52,976 nucleotides of DNA from a phage: assembly GCA_014691105.1 (NCBI GenBank), contig GCA_014691105.1_4891.1. One strand, 5' to 3'. A program made the translations under genes and the position numbers. This document shows positions 37,623 through 46,406 of the stretch, piece by piece. Under the pieces are notes generated by a model. It searched no databases and was not told where the DNA came from. It worked only from the letters and a program-made list of their open reading frames with translations. Numbering within the stretch: the stretch's first letter is position 1; each line of letters begins with the position of its first letter.

Positions 37623-38507
37623 TTATACGGCCATTTGGAGTTTGATGTTTGGCATTGGTTTGTACTTCTCAACCATTGGCGTAACATCGGCAGGAGTGAA
37701 GTCAAACACTGACACGTCGTAAATTGCGTTAATGTCAGGACGACCTTCAAAGTTAGTGTCCAGTGTAGTATCAGAATTGCTTACGATACGTTGCAGGAAA
37801 ATCTTTGCCGCATCGATATGATTCTGATAGATATGATAATCACCCAGCGTAACAGTCATGTCGCCAACACCAGTACCCAGCTCAGCAGCAATGGTAATCT
37901 GCAGCATTTGATGCAACAGAATATCGTGAGGCAGACCAAGAATAACATCCGCGCTACGCATATGGAACATCAGCTCTAATTCATTACGGTTGTTAATGAA
38001 CAGCTGAAAACCATGGTAACAAGGCGGAAGGGCCATGGCATCCATCTCTTGTGGGTTCCACGCCGTAATGTACGCCCGGCGGTCGGTAGGCTTAACCTTC
38101 AGCGTTTCAATAACGTCTTTAAGCTGGTTAGTAAGAACACCATTCTTATAGAATGGCTTAATCCATTGCACGCCGTACACAGGACCTAAGTCACGGTTGT
38201 CTGGCGTACCCCAACGTTTGTTTGCGTCCTGCAGGTTACCTTCCCACCAGTTGCAGCCAAAGCCTTTGAGCGTGTCGACGTTTGAAATGCCGTTGATAAA
38301 GCAGTAAAGCTCAGCAGCAACAGCTTTGATGTTAACAGGTTTAAACACCGGCACCATCAGTTTGTTGTCGTTGAAAGCCAGTTTAAACGCCGTACCAAAA
38401 CAACGGCGGGTACCAACACCTGTACGGTCTACAACATCCTCGCCTTTACGTAAGATAAAAGAAATGATGTCGCTGTAAAGAGAATCGACAGTGCTGTATG
38501 TTTTCAT
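37623..38507 (-). CDS. thymidylate synthase superfamily enzyme, probable dCMP C5-hydroxymethylase or methylase
   Basis: TS-like blocks DRTGVGT, LGPVYGVQW, TAWNP, catalytic Cys in ALPPCYHGFQLF, RSADVILGLPHD and GDYHIYQNH; Asp replaces the TS Asn in LGLPHD (TS has LGLPFN). Confidence 0.7.
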   Translation of the reverse strand: MKTYSTVDSLYSDIISFILRKGEDVVDRTGVGTRRCFGTAFKLAFNDNKLMVPVFKPVNIKAVAAELYCFINGISNVDTLKGFGCNWWEGNLQDANKRWGTPDNRDLGPVYGVQWIKPFYKNGVLTNQLKDVIETLKVKPTDRRAYITAWNPQEMDAMALPPCYHGFQLFINNRNELELMFHMRSADVILGLPHDILLHQMLQITIAAELGTGVGDMTVTLGDYHIYQNHIDAAKIFLQRIVSNSDTTLDTNFEGRPDINAIYDVSVFDFTPADVTPMVEKYKPMPNIKLQMAV

Positions 38508-39100
38508 TAAAACAGTTCCTTTTGAGCCGGGTTAACGTGTGCGTCGATAATGGCCTGGATGTCAGGTGCTTTCCATCCTTCAGGCTTAACAATATCCTGA
38601 CTAGACTTATGCTTGCTGTTGCTTGCATCAGGCTTAGCGCGTTCTTTCGCCATGTTAGCAGCCTGTACCGCATCCCATGCTGCGTCAAGTGGCCAGTTGT
38701 TGTTTGCGCACCAGGTAATCAGGTGGATAATTAACTGGGCCAGACGGTCGCAATGAGTGTCTTCAGTATCCTTAACGTATACAATAAGGCCATCAGCATC
38801 GAAACGGTCCATAAATCCGCAGGGCGTAGTTAACAGAATCGGATACTCAAATTCGTTGGTGAACCATGCAGTCTGGTCGTACAGGTATAACGTACCTGCA
38901 GCGATGTAAATTAAATCTACAATACCGTCTAAGAAGCCAGCTTTGTCGCCGTCTTTCTTAGCTTGCTTAATTTCTTCCATCTCCTCAATAAGACGGTCGT
39001 AACGAAGCTTGAACTCAGGTTTACCGCCTTGACTAACAGGCTTGAGGTCAAACTTCTCATGAAAAGCGGTAACGCCTGCAGCAATTTTACTGAATCGCAT
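38507..39100 (-). CDS. MazG-like nucleoside triphosphate pyrophosphohydrolase
   Basis: All-alpha NTP-PPase signature RLIEEMEEIKQA...DGIVDLIYIAAG; coupled to the TS-like gene. Confidence 0.55.
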   Translation of the reverse strand: MRFSKIAAGVTAFHEKFDLKPVSQGGKPEFKLRYDRLIEEMEEIKQAKKDGDKAGFLDGIVDLIYIAAGTLYLYDQTAWFTNEFEYPILLTTPCGFMDRFDADGLIVYVKDTEDTHCDRLAQLIIHLITWCANNNWPLDAAWDAVQAANMAKERAKPDASNSKHKSSQDIVKPEGWKAPDIQAIIDAHVNPAQKELF

Positions 39101-39485
39101 TTCGTAACTCCTTACAAACAGTTTCGATAAACTTACGTTTAATTTCTGTAGACCAGATAATATGACGAGCCTGTTCTAAAGTGTCCCAACGTTCTTTACC
39201 CACAGGAAAGGGAACAATGAAAAGGCCGGTACGGGATATGCGCTTGATAAACGGGAATTTACAGCGCATGGTTGTTTCAAACTTGATAAAGTTTGTTTGC
39301 ACATCACGTGTAAACTTGACCTTATCAAATTCATGCTCAAGAGTTTGAGCAATGTTGCATACTTCCTGGAAAGAAGATGCAGGCAAGTAATCTTCGCGGC
39401 CGACGGTGTTCACGTAGTCGATTTGGCCTTCTAGCCGAAGTATCCAAATCCTGTAATAAGCTTCAGCAACACGTTGTAGATTCAT
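39087..39485 (-). CDS. hypothetical protein
   Basis: ORF track; preceded on the minus strand by a promoter and RBS. Confidence 0.5.
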   Translation of the reverse strand: MNLQRVAEAYYRIWILRLEGQIDYVNTVGREDYLPASSFQEVCNIAQTLEHEFDKVKFTRDVQTNFIKFETTMRCKFPFIKRISRTGLFIVPFPVGKERWDTLEQARHIIWSTEIKRKFIETVCKELRNAIQ

Positions 39486-39511
39486 TGTATCTCTCCTCTA
39501 AAAGATAACTT

Positions 39512-39540
39512 ATTATACCACATCACTCTCTAGTGGTAAA
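39512..39540 (-). promoter_or_regulatory. sigma70-like promoter TTTACC-N17-TATAAT (minus strand)
   Basis: Minus-strand TTTACC (plus 39535-39540) and TATAAT (plus 39512-39517), 17-bp spacer, then GAGGAGAG RBS and ATG at 39485. Confidence 0.55.
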
Positions 39541-39560
39541 GCACTTTTTACGCTTCTGGT

Positions 39561-39594
39561 AAAAATAAAAAGGACCAGCGTTAACTGGCCCTTT
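39561..39594 (-). terminator. rho-independent terminator (minus strand)
   Basis: Minus-strand hairpin GGGCCAG TTAACG CTGGTCC followed by TTTTTATTTTT. Confidence 0.65.
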
Positions 39595-39855
39595 TGGCAG
39601 GGTGGCGTAAGGAGATACAAGGCATCGTAACTATGCAACCAGGCAGCGCATATGAGATTGGCCAAAAGATTTACCATTTTAATCCCCGCGACGAGACGAA
39701 AAAGGAGGTGTCATCGAGTAGCCAATCACATATGCGTTACTTGCTGTGTGCTCTCACCGCGGAAAGTATAGAGCGTTGCACTTATCACACCGATGGAGTG
39801 GCAAAAGCACACAGCAAGTACAACCTTAGTTGTGGTGTCTTAGCACCTGAGTTAT

Positions 39856-39864
39856 TGTGGATAA
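39856..39864 (-). promoter_or_regulatory. consensus DnaA box (TTATCCACA) in a long non-coding region
   Basis: Plus strand reads TGTGGATAA at 39856-39864; a single perfect 9-mer. Confidence 0.3.
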
Positions 39865-40163
39865 CCTGCACCCGACGGGTGTCAAAAAGATACGCCAAAA
39901 CACCACAACTAAAATTGTGACCGCCGTCTACACCAGGCGCCTGGGGTCAAGGTAGCGAGCCAATACCCTTTTCAGCGTCGGAGGAATCGAACCTCACACA
40001 TCACGGCTTTTACCAAATCTCGGTCAGCGAGCAGAATTGAACTGCATTCACTGGACACCCTCACTGTTTCAACACACCAGGCTTAATTGATTGTTGATAA
40101 GAAGAGAGATGTAAGGATGTCCATTGAATGCACCTCCGTAGAGGTGCGTTCAGATCAGCGCTA

Positions 40164-40691
40164 TTATTCAGCAGCTTCTTCGTTGTCGCCTTCGATCGCG
40201 CCAGCCAGTTTAGCAGCTTCAGCTTTAGCAGCTTCTGCTTTCTGGCGAGCTTTTTCAGCTTTCTCTTCAGCTTTGCGAATCTGCTCAGCAGCTTTCGCTT
40301 CGGCTTTTTCAGCTTTGATGCGAGCACGCTCTTCAGCTTTACGCTGTTTTTCAGCGGCTTTAGCAGCATCGCGTTCTGCTTTAGCGGTATCAACACGCTT
40401 AGCCAGAACTTTACCAGTGGCTTTACGCCAGTAGGTCAGCTGGGAAGAAACAGTACCACGGGACATTTCGGTAGTGGCAACAACTTCGTCCATAACGTCA
40501 GAGCTGGACTTGCCTTCTTCATGGGCTTTATCAGCCAGGTCCCATACGTAACGTGCGCCAGTACCAGCTGCTGGATACAGTACGCCGTTAACTTCTTCTT
40601 TACCAGTTACAAAAGTCAGTTTCTCGCTCATAATTTTTTCCTCGTCTACAGGGCTTAATGTTTGTTCGTTACGTGAGTTAATATACGTCAT
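40164..40691 (-). CDS. KfrA-like DNA-binding protein with Ala/Lys/Glu-rich coiled-coil tail
   Basis: N-terminal SRGTVSSQLTYWRKATG resembles the KfrA N-terminal DNA-binding motif; C-terminus AKAERDAAKAAEKQRKAEERARIKAEKAEAKAAE; likely start at the internal Met near 40631. Confidence 0.4.
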   Translation of the reverse strand: MTYINSRNEQTLSPVDEEKIMSEKLTFVTGKEEVNGVLYPAAGTGARYVWDLADKAHEEGKSSSDVMDEVVATTEMSRGTVSSQLTYWRKATGKVLAKRVDTAKAERDAAKAAEKQRKAEERARIKAEKAEAKAAEQIRKAEEKAEKARQKAEAAKAEAAKLAGAIEGDNEEAAE

Positions 40692-40708
40692 TTAAAAGAG
40701 TGTGTAAA
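40680..40708 (-). promoter_or_regulatory. sigma70-like promoter TTTACA-N17-TATATT (minus strand)
   Basis: Minus-strand TTTACA (plus 40703-40708) and TATATT (plus 40680-40685). Confidence 0.45.
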
Positions 40709-40737
40709 CACCTTTTTTAAACTTTTTTCATTAGTGT

Positions 40738-40959
40738 CTAGAAAGGCACATCATAGTCAAAAAGTTTACATCCGGAAGACAGGACTGCCGGCGGTGGTGT
40801 TTTGCCTCCGGATAACAGGCAACCTCCTGCCTGAAAACTACGGCAGTTTGCACAGCTCATATCCTGCAAGTATATAATAAGCTGTCGGCGAACATGCCGT
40901 GGTAAAGCTTTAGCCTGGGTTGCTACCCGTTCAAATAGTTCTCTGTCATCGAGCGCCAT
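40738..40959 (-). CDS. hypothetical Cys-containing small protein
   Basis: ORF track. Confidence 0.4.
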   Translation of the reverse strand: MALDDRELFERVATQAKALPRHVRRQLIIYLQDMSCANCRSFQAGGCLLSGGKTPPPAVLSSGCKLFDYDVPF

Positions 40960-42616
40960 AGCCGTTTCCCCAGTCGTAGTTCATGATTTGTGGGTAGGGT
41001 CGTTTAATCCATACCTTGATGCGCTTAGGAATAGCCAGCTCACCCTTACGGCGAATAAACTCATCGCATGTTTCAGGCGGTTCTGTTCCTGCAGCATTAC
41101 GCCACCAGGCGTCTGCCATTTGCTTAGCATTACCATGGGCCTCTATATTTACCCATGTTGTATACACTTCCAGGTTTGAGTAGTACACAACCTTTATACT
41201 GTCAGGTCGTCCCTGCTTCTGGAATAAAGAATAGTTTACCAGCGTAACATCTTTATCCACAACACGAAGCTGACCGTTAGTCATTACCTCTTCTTCTGAT
41301 GAAGTGAAGGCAATAGCAGGTCCGTTAACTGTAAACTCAAACTCATGCCCGCACATCGGATATACACCATTCTCGTCCGGCGTACTTCCTTTAGCCGGAT
41401 GCTTACACGTACGGGCTGCATAACCACTTACCTGGTGGCAGATAGGGCACTCTTTACCGCCAGGTGTTTTCTCTGACCGTTTCTTTTTCTTCTTACCAAG
41501 ACGTGGCGGAACAGCCGGGTCATCAATAGGACCAAGGTCAATGGTGTTAGATGTAAAGTCCATGACAAGACAGTCATGCTTACCAGGCGCTGTACGTAAT
41601 CCTCGACCGAGTATCTGCACCCACAAAGCAACTGACGTGGACGGGCGCAAGATGCCGAGCATATCAATCTCAGGATAGTCAAATCCTGTCGTCAATACGT
41701 TTACGTTTACACAGACCCGTGCTCGTCCGCTTGTAAACTCTTCAAGTGCGGCTTCACGTTCTTTCTTTGTAAGACCGCCATGCACAACTACAGTCTGCCA
41801 ACCTCGCAGATTAAACTCGTCTGCTATGTTGTGGGCGTGCTCAACACTTGTGGCAAATACAAGAACGTGGTTCCTGTCTTTACCGTAGTGCATCATCTCA
41901 CGAATAGCCGCGACTGTTATACTATGTTGGTTGGCTACCTTCTCAAGCTCTGACGGGATGTAGTCACCCATCCTTTCACCAACATTACTGGTGTCAATCT
42001 TGGTTAACACTTTCTTGTTGACCAGGCGTGACAGGAAGCCTTCATTTACCAGTCTGGTAAAGGCGTCAGGTGTTGTAAGGTCGTAGCAGATGTCGGTAAA
42101 TATACCACAGTCCAGCAAGTGACCCCCTGCCAAGCGATATGGAGTTGCTGTGAGTCCTGTTACCTTTACCTTAGGATTAAGCTCTTTGAAGTGAGCAATA
42201 ACCTTACGGTATGTTGTTTCAGACTTCTCAGGAACAAGATGGGCTTCGTCAATGAATATAAGATTGAACTTACCTGCTTCTTCCAGGTTCTTAATGATTG
42301 ACTGTACTGATGCTACAACGATACGACCTGAAAAGTCTTTGTGTCCTGCACCTGAAGAGTAGATTGATACTGGTGCTTGTGGCCAGTGACGAACAATTGC
42401 TTTGGCGTCTTGCTCAACCAGCTCCTTGACGTGAGTCAGTATAAGAATACGCTGACGGGGATAGCTGGTAAGAATATCCTTCATCAGCATACCAAGCACA
42501 GGTGATTTGCCTGAACCTGTTGGCATGACAATAAGTGGATTACCACTATAAGAATTGAAGTACGACCACCAAGCTGTGACCGCTTCTTGTTGATACCAGC
42601 GAGCTTCAAAAGCCAT
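40946..42616 (-). CDS. SF2 DEAD/DEAH-box DNA helicase with C-terminal zinc-ribbon
   Basis: Motif I MPTGSGKS, motif II FIDEAHLV, motif III GLTATP, motif VI QILGRGLR; C-terminal CPICHQ...CKHP...CGHE cysteine cluster. Confidence 0.8.
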   Translation of the reverse strand: MAFEARWYQQEAVTAWWSYFNSYSGNPLIVMPTGSGKSPVLGMLMKDILTSYPRQRILILTHVKELVEQDAKAIVRHWPQAPVSIYSSGAGHKDFSGRIVVASVQSIIKNLEEAGKFNLIFIDEAHLVPEKSETTYRKVIAHFKELNPKVKVTGLTATPYRLAGGHLLDCGIFTDICYDLTTPDAFTRLVNEGFLSRLVNKKVLTKIDTSNVGERMGDYIPSELEKVANQHSITVAAIREMMHYGKDRNHVLVFATSVEHAHNIADEFNLRGWQTVVVHGGLTKKEREAALEEFTSGRARVCVNVNVLTTGFDYPEIDMLGILRPSTSVALWVQILGRGLRTAPGKHDCLVMDFTSNTIDLGPIDDPAVPPRLGKKKKKRSEKTPGGKECPICHQVSGYAARTCKHPAKGSTPDENGVYPMCGHEFEFTVNGPAIAFTSSEEEVMTNGQLRVVDKDVTLVNYSLFQKQGRPDSIKVVYYSNLEVYTTWVNIEAHGNAKQMADAWWRNAAGTEPPETCDEFIRRKGELAIPKRIKVWIKRPYPQIMNYDWGNGYGAR

Positions 42617-42674
42617 TTATCATCTCCTCATTAACTTTATATATTATACCACTTCCTTGTGATAAAGTATACTT

Positions 42675-43553
42675 TTATTTTAAGGAAAGTTTAACGGGCT
42701 TCTCATCCTGTGGGAAGACATCAGCGGGGCGATAATCATCACAAGCTGCTAATTGTTCTTCGATTGTTTCGAGCTCTTTCTGGTGCTTGTTGCAATACCA
42801 CACTTTGCCCTGAAGCGGTTTACTGTAATGGCAGGTTCTGCAGTTCCTGTCAGGCATTGCTCCTTTGTGGCACAAGTGGTGGTACTCACACATTCCTGGC
42901 TTGCACTCCCACCAGATAGGCGATTCAGAAATCTTCGGCATATCCAAACCAGATTCCGCATATACAACAGCCTCCGCTTTACTCAGTTGTATGTCGCTTT
43001 CCAGTAAGTCAATCTCGACCACTTCAAAATACATCTCGTCGGTGTTCTTGTTGATTGCAATATACACAGCTTGGTTAAGCTTAAGCTTCCGCATGTATAC
43101 CTGCATCTGGGCGTAGTGTACCGGCTTACTTGCTTTAACAGACTTGAGCTTGACTAACTCTTTAAACGACTTATCGCCATGCGTCTTGAATTCAGCAAGT
43201 GCCCATACGCCTTTGTATTTGATCACACAGTCACAAGACCCAGAGAAGATGCCATTGAATTCATGTATGCGCCATTGCTTACCAGTCTTAGGATTGACGT
43301 CCAGCACTTCGTCACATACTGAACGAAGCCACTTTATAATTCTGCTTTCTTCAAGGTTACCACGTTCAAACAGACGAAGTTGCTTAGCCGTAAACTTCTC
43401 CTTGAACGACCAGTGCAGTACATGCCAAAGATAGCGATAGCAGTTGTGCCCTATCTGCGATGCTCCAAGATGCCCGCGTCGTTCTTCTCTTTCGTGGGCT
43501 TCGACTATCTTGATGTCAATACGTTTCTGCAGGTCGTCAAACGGACTGGACAT
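42675..43553 (-). CDS. PD-(D/E)XK nuclease of the Cas4/RecB-like exonuclease family
   Basis: D...EFK core (CDCVIKYKGVWALAEFKT), QhxxY motif (YAQMQVY) and a C-terminal cysteine cluster; track ORF extends to 43670 but the Met at 43553 is the likely start. Confidence 0.6.
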   Translation of the reverse strand: MSSPFDDLQKRIDIKIVEAHEREERRGHLGASQIGHNCYRYLWHVLHWSFKEKFTAKQLRLFERGNLEESRIIKWLRSVCDEVLDVNPKTGKQWRIHEFNGIFSGSCDCVIKYKGVWALAEFKTHGDKSFKELVKLKSVKASKPVHYAQMQVYMRKLKLNQAVYIAINKNTDEMYFEVVEIDLLESDIQLSKAEAVVYAESGLDMPKISESPIWWECKPGMCEYHHLCHKGAMPDRNCRTCHYSKPLQGKVWYCNKHQKELETIEEQLAACDDYRPADVFPQDEKPVKLSLK

Positions 43554-44022
43554 TGTTAAACTCCTCAACACTGAATTCATCGTACACAATGTTATGTGCC
43601 CACAAATGAGCGACGGCATTTGCCATGCTATCCTTCCATTTGGATTGTGAAGCTGTATGCGCCAATGCAACTACACGTACCAGGCTAAGGTTGGCTATCA
43701 GCATGTCAGCACAATGTTCGCACGGCGGGTAGGTTATGTAGATGGTAACCGGGCCTAAAGAAGGAGTGTCTAACTCCCTCCTTATATTAGCTAAGGTGTT
43801 TATCTCGCTATGAATAGTTAGAGCGTTCTTGAGGCTATTAGGCACTATTCTTATAGAGTCTAACTGCGTAGGCAGACCGTTATATCCAGTGGAAATAATA
43901 CGCTTGTTCTGGTCAACAAGAACGCTACCGACTTGACGTTTCGGGTCCTTCGACCAGCTTGCAACTTCACAAGCTATGCGCATAAACCGCCTGTCCCACT
44001 TGTCCATCTTCTTCTTTTGCAT
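43537..44022 (-). CDS. dCMP deaminase
   Basis: Cytidine/dCMP deaminase zinc motifs HSE (LTIHSEINTL) and PCEHC (YPPCEHCADML). Confidence 0.8.
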   Translation of the reverse strand: MQKKKMDKWDRRFMRIACEVASWSKDPKRQVGSVLVDQNKRIISTGYNGLPTQLDSIRIVPNSLKNALTIHSEINTLANIRRELDTPSLGPVTIYITYPPCEHCADMLIANLSLVRVVALAHTASQSKWKDSMANAVAHLWAHNIVYDEFSVEEFNNVQSV

Positions 44023-44083
44023 GGTAGTCTCCGTATACGAAAATAGGGGCCGAAGCCCCTATTGAATATCTACTCGGCAGGGA

Positions 44084-44629
44084 TTATTCTTCCCAAGGAG
44101 CTGCTGCACCGTCATCAGCACCAGGTGCCGTTGCAGTAGCACTCGCCTTCGTTGAAGTACCCGCACCTGCACCTACTTTCTTCGTCGTCGATGCAGTTGC
44201 TTGAGAATGACCGCCTACTGCAGTAGTTGCTTCAGTTGACGCTTTGTATTCGCGAATATCGTTTTGTGGGTCGTACTCACCGGTCTTGTCGATACGAACA
44301 CCAACTTTACCAGCTACAATACGGTTTTCCAGTAAGTCGGTAGAAGTCAGTTCAACAATACCCAGCGCACGACACAGCGCAGACAGTTTGCGATGACCGA
44401 TTTCAACAGCTTGTGCATTAGGGTTGGAGTAGGTAATCATGTCAAATACAACACGGTTAGCGAACTCACCTTCCTGCACTTTCAGACGCAGGGACAGGTA
44501 AGAACCAGTGCCTGCTTTAGTCGGCTTCAGCTCAACCTCTTCAATCATGAAGTTGTACCAGCCTTTCGGGATCGGGTCAAAAGACTGTTGCGGTTCGACG
44601 GTAGAGCTGTTGAAGTTTAATTCAGCCAT
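44084..44629 (-). CDS. Sak4-associated protein, possible ssDNA-binding protein
   Basis: Adjacent to the Sak4-like ATPase; low-complexity Ala/Thr/Gly acidic tail; family assignment tentative. Confidence 0.35.
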   Translation of the reverse strand: MAELNFNSSTVEPQQSFDPIPKGWYNFMIEEVELKPTKAGTGSYLSLRLKVQEGEFANRVVFDMITYSNPNAQAVEIGHRKLSALCRALGIVELTSTDLLENRIVAGKVGVRIDKTGEYDPQNDIREYKASTEATTAVGGHSQATASTTKKVGAGAGTSTKASATATAPGADDGAAAPWEE

Positions 44630-44736
44630 TGTTTGGTATCCTGTTTAAGTTTAGTTTAATTTCGTTTAACGCTTTACCGGCAGCGTTCGGCCGTGATGCT
44701 TATTATACGCCACTTTTTATCATGGCGTAAACACTT

Positions 44737-45621
44737 TTATTCGCTGGTTCCTTTCTCAGCTTGAGCGGCTTTCTTCGCCATCCAGGCTTGGTGCTTCTCT
44801 TTCGATTCGTCCGAACCGATTTTAGTGAGCTGCACGTTCGGGTCGTCGTTCTGCATCTGTTCTGCAGCTCGACCTGTCAGGAGCAGGTAGCTGTCTGACT
44901 CCGGATGATAGTACCACAGCTGGTAAGGATGATAGCCTTGCAGCTTGTCATAAATCCAGCCCAGGTCTGCAGGTTCACGTGCATCCAGCTCACGACCTGG
45001 TGCGTTACGGCACTTAGCTTCCCATTGGTAGTCAGGCTGGGTCTGAATGTAGCGCTCGCTGTTACCGTTGGCGTCAGGCGCAGTCATACGTAAAGCAAGT
45101 ACCGCATCCATCAGGTACGGCAACTGCTTAGGTAGCTGTTGGCCAGGCATAAGAGGTGAGTACAGCATTGCACCAGTAACCTCGTCCTTGTTCTTCTCAA
45201 GCTTGCACAGGTATGCAACGCTGAAAGGCAAGTCACGGAACTGACGCATGATATACATCATCTTGTCGTTGGTGTTACCATACGCCTGTCGTTTGTCATT
45301 AACCTGTGACTTCTCGTAGTCCAGACAAACTTCAGCCACATCTGACAGCGAATCGAAAATCAGATGCTCATACTTCTGCGCATCCTTACTTTCGGTAAGC
45401 CATTTGTACAGCGCCAGAATGTCGTTGAACGTATTGATTGGTGTAGAGTCGATGTCAGCGTCTGCAATCGACATCAAACCGCCTTCAGCGTTAATGACAA
45501 GAACCTTATCGTGAGGCAAGGTCTTAGCCAGGCTGGTTTTACCAACACCTGATGCGCCGTAAATAGCGACCTTAGGTCGCTTATTTTCTACGGCTTGTTT
45601 AGTAGATACAATCTGAACCAT
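44737..45621 (-). CDS. Sak4-like RecA-fold ATPase (AAA_24-type recombination protein)
   Basis: N-terminal KVAIYGASGVGKTSLAKTL...VLVINAEGG matches the Sak4/AAA_24 Walker A context. Confidence 0.65.
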   Translation of the reverse strand: MVQIVSTKQAVENKRPKVAIYGASGVGKTSLAKTLPHDKVLVINAEGGLMSIADADIDSTPINTFNDILALYKWLTESKDAQKYEHLIFDSLSDVAEVCLDYEKSQVNDKRQAYGNTNDKMMYIMRQFRDLPFSVAYLCKLEKNKDEVTGAMLYSPLMPGQQLPKQLPYLMDAVLALRMTAPDANGNSERYIQTQPDYQWEAKCRNAPGRELDAREPADLGWIYDKLQGYHPYQLWYYHPESDSYLLLTGRAAEQMQNDDPNVQLTKIGSDESKEKHQAWMAKKAAQAEKGTSE

Positions 45622-45890
45622 TAATGATAGTCCTCGTAAAGTGATTCTTCATCGCAGTACATACGATAAAGAGCTTCTTCGGCTTCTTCCAGTGTGTCAA
45701 ACTCCTCGCCACAGACGGAGTATTTTGTGGGTTCATCGAATGACTCGACGATGTGCCAGTCATGATGAATACCGTATGTCCACAAGTCGCAGTCATCTTT
45801 TGCAACAAGCTTACGTGTGGAACGAAATTGTGCTAGAGTGTTGATGCTCATATTCTCTCTCCTCATGTGTATAGAGGTATTATACCCCAC
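45621..45890 (-). CDS. hypothetical protein
   Basis: ORF track. Confidence 0.4.
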   Translation of the reverse strand: MGYNTSIHMRRENMSINTLAQFRSTRKLVAKDDCDLWTYGIHHDWHIVESFDEPTKYSVCGEEFDTLEEAEEALYRMYCDEESLYEDYH

Positions 45891-45911
45891 TTACATGGGG
45901 TAAGTACACTA

Positions 45912-46394
45912 CTATTTTACACTAACAGCTTGACACGATAGCCGCGACAAACCGAGGTTGGCTATAACGCCATCGAGCAATACTCCTGCATGTTCTTCAT
46001 TGTATGCTTCTACCCACAAAGGGATGGTGACGCCTTTCAGATGGTCGCTGTACACGTTGAACCTATATACCTGTTTGTGTGCTTTGTCAACACGTACAAC
46101 AGTAAGGTTACCATCTTCGTAAGGAGGAAGCTCAACGCCTTTCTTGCTCCAGAAGTTACGGAACTCAGCACTATTAACAATGCCGTGCACAACACGCTCA
46201 GTAAGTTCTGTTTTGAGGTCTGCACGTGCCTTTGTACTGATAAAGAAACGGCAAGAGAAGAAAGCATTGACGTTTATCACATCAACCGCGTACACAACGT
46301 TATGCTCTTCAGCGGTTGGTGCTTTATAAACAATGTATTTAGTTTTGAACAGGTCCATAGTACTCTCCAGGGAGGAAGACTGGCGGGCTTGCAC
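45912..46394 (-). CDS. hypothetical protein
   Basis: ORF track. Confidence 0.45.
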   Translation of the reverse strand: MQARQSSSLESTMDLFKTKYIVYKAPTAEEHNVVYAVDVINVNAFFSCRFFISTKARADLKTELTERVVHGIVNSAEFRNFWSKKGVELPPYEDGNLTVVRVDKAHKQVYRFNVYSDHLKGVTIPLWVEAYNEEHAGVLLDGVIANLGLSRLSCQAVSVK

Positions 46395-46406
46395 CCGCCT
46401 AAGTTA

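Noticed and set aside
39856-39864. DnaA box as firm evidence of a replication origin
   Set aside because: A single 9-mer is expected by chance about 0.4 times in 53 kb on two strands; reported only as a low-confidence feature.
39594-39920. Plus-strand ORF of 108 aa in the large non-coding region
   Set aside because: Opposite strand to all neighbouring genes, no RBS, and it overlaps a minus-strand promoter/terminator pair and the DnaA-box region; most likely a chance ORF.
39960-40060. Possible tRNA genes on the minus strand, suggested by GGTTCGATTCC-like and GCAGTTCAATTCTGC hairpins
   Set aside because: I could not find a complementary 7-bp acceptor stem or a plausible anticodon arm at the right spacing, and the two hairpins are only about 50 nt apart; kept as a hypothesis in findings, not annotated as tRNA.
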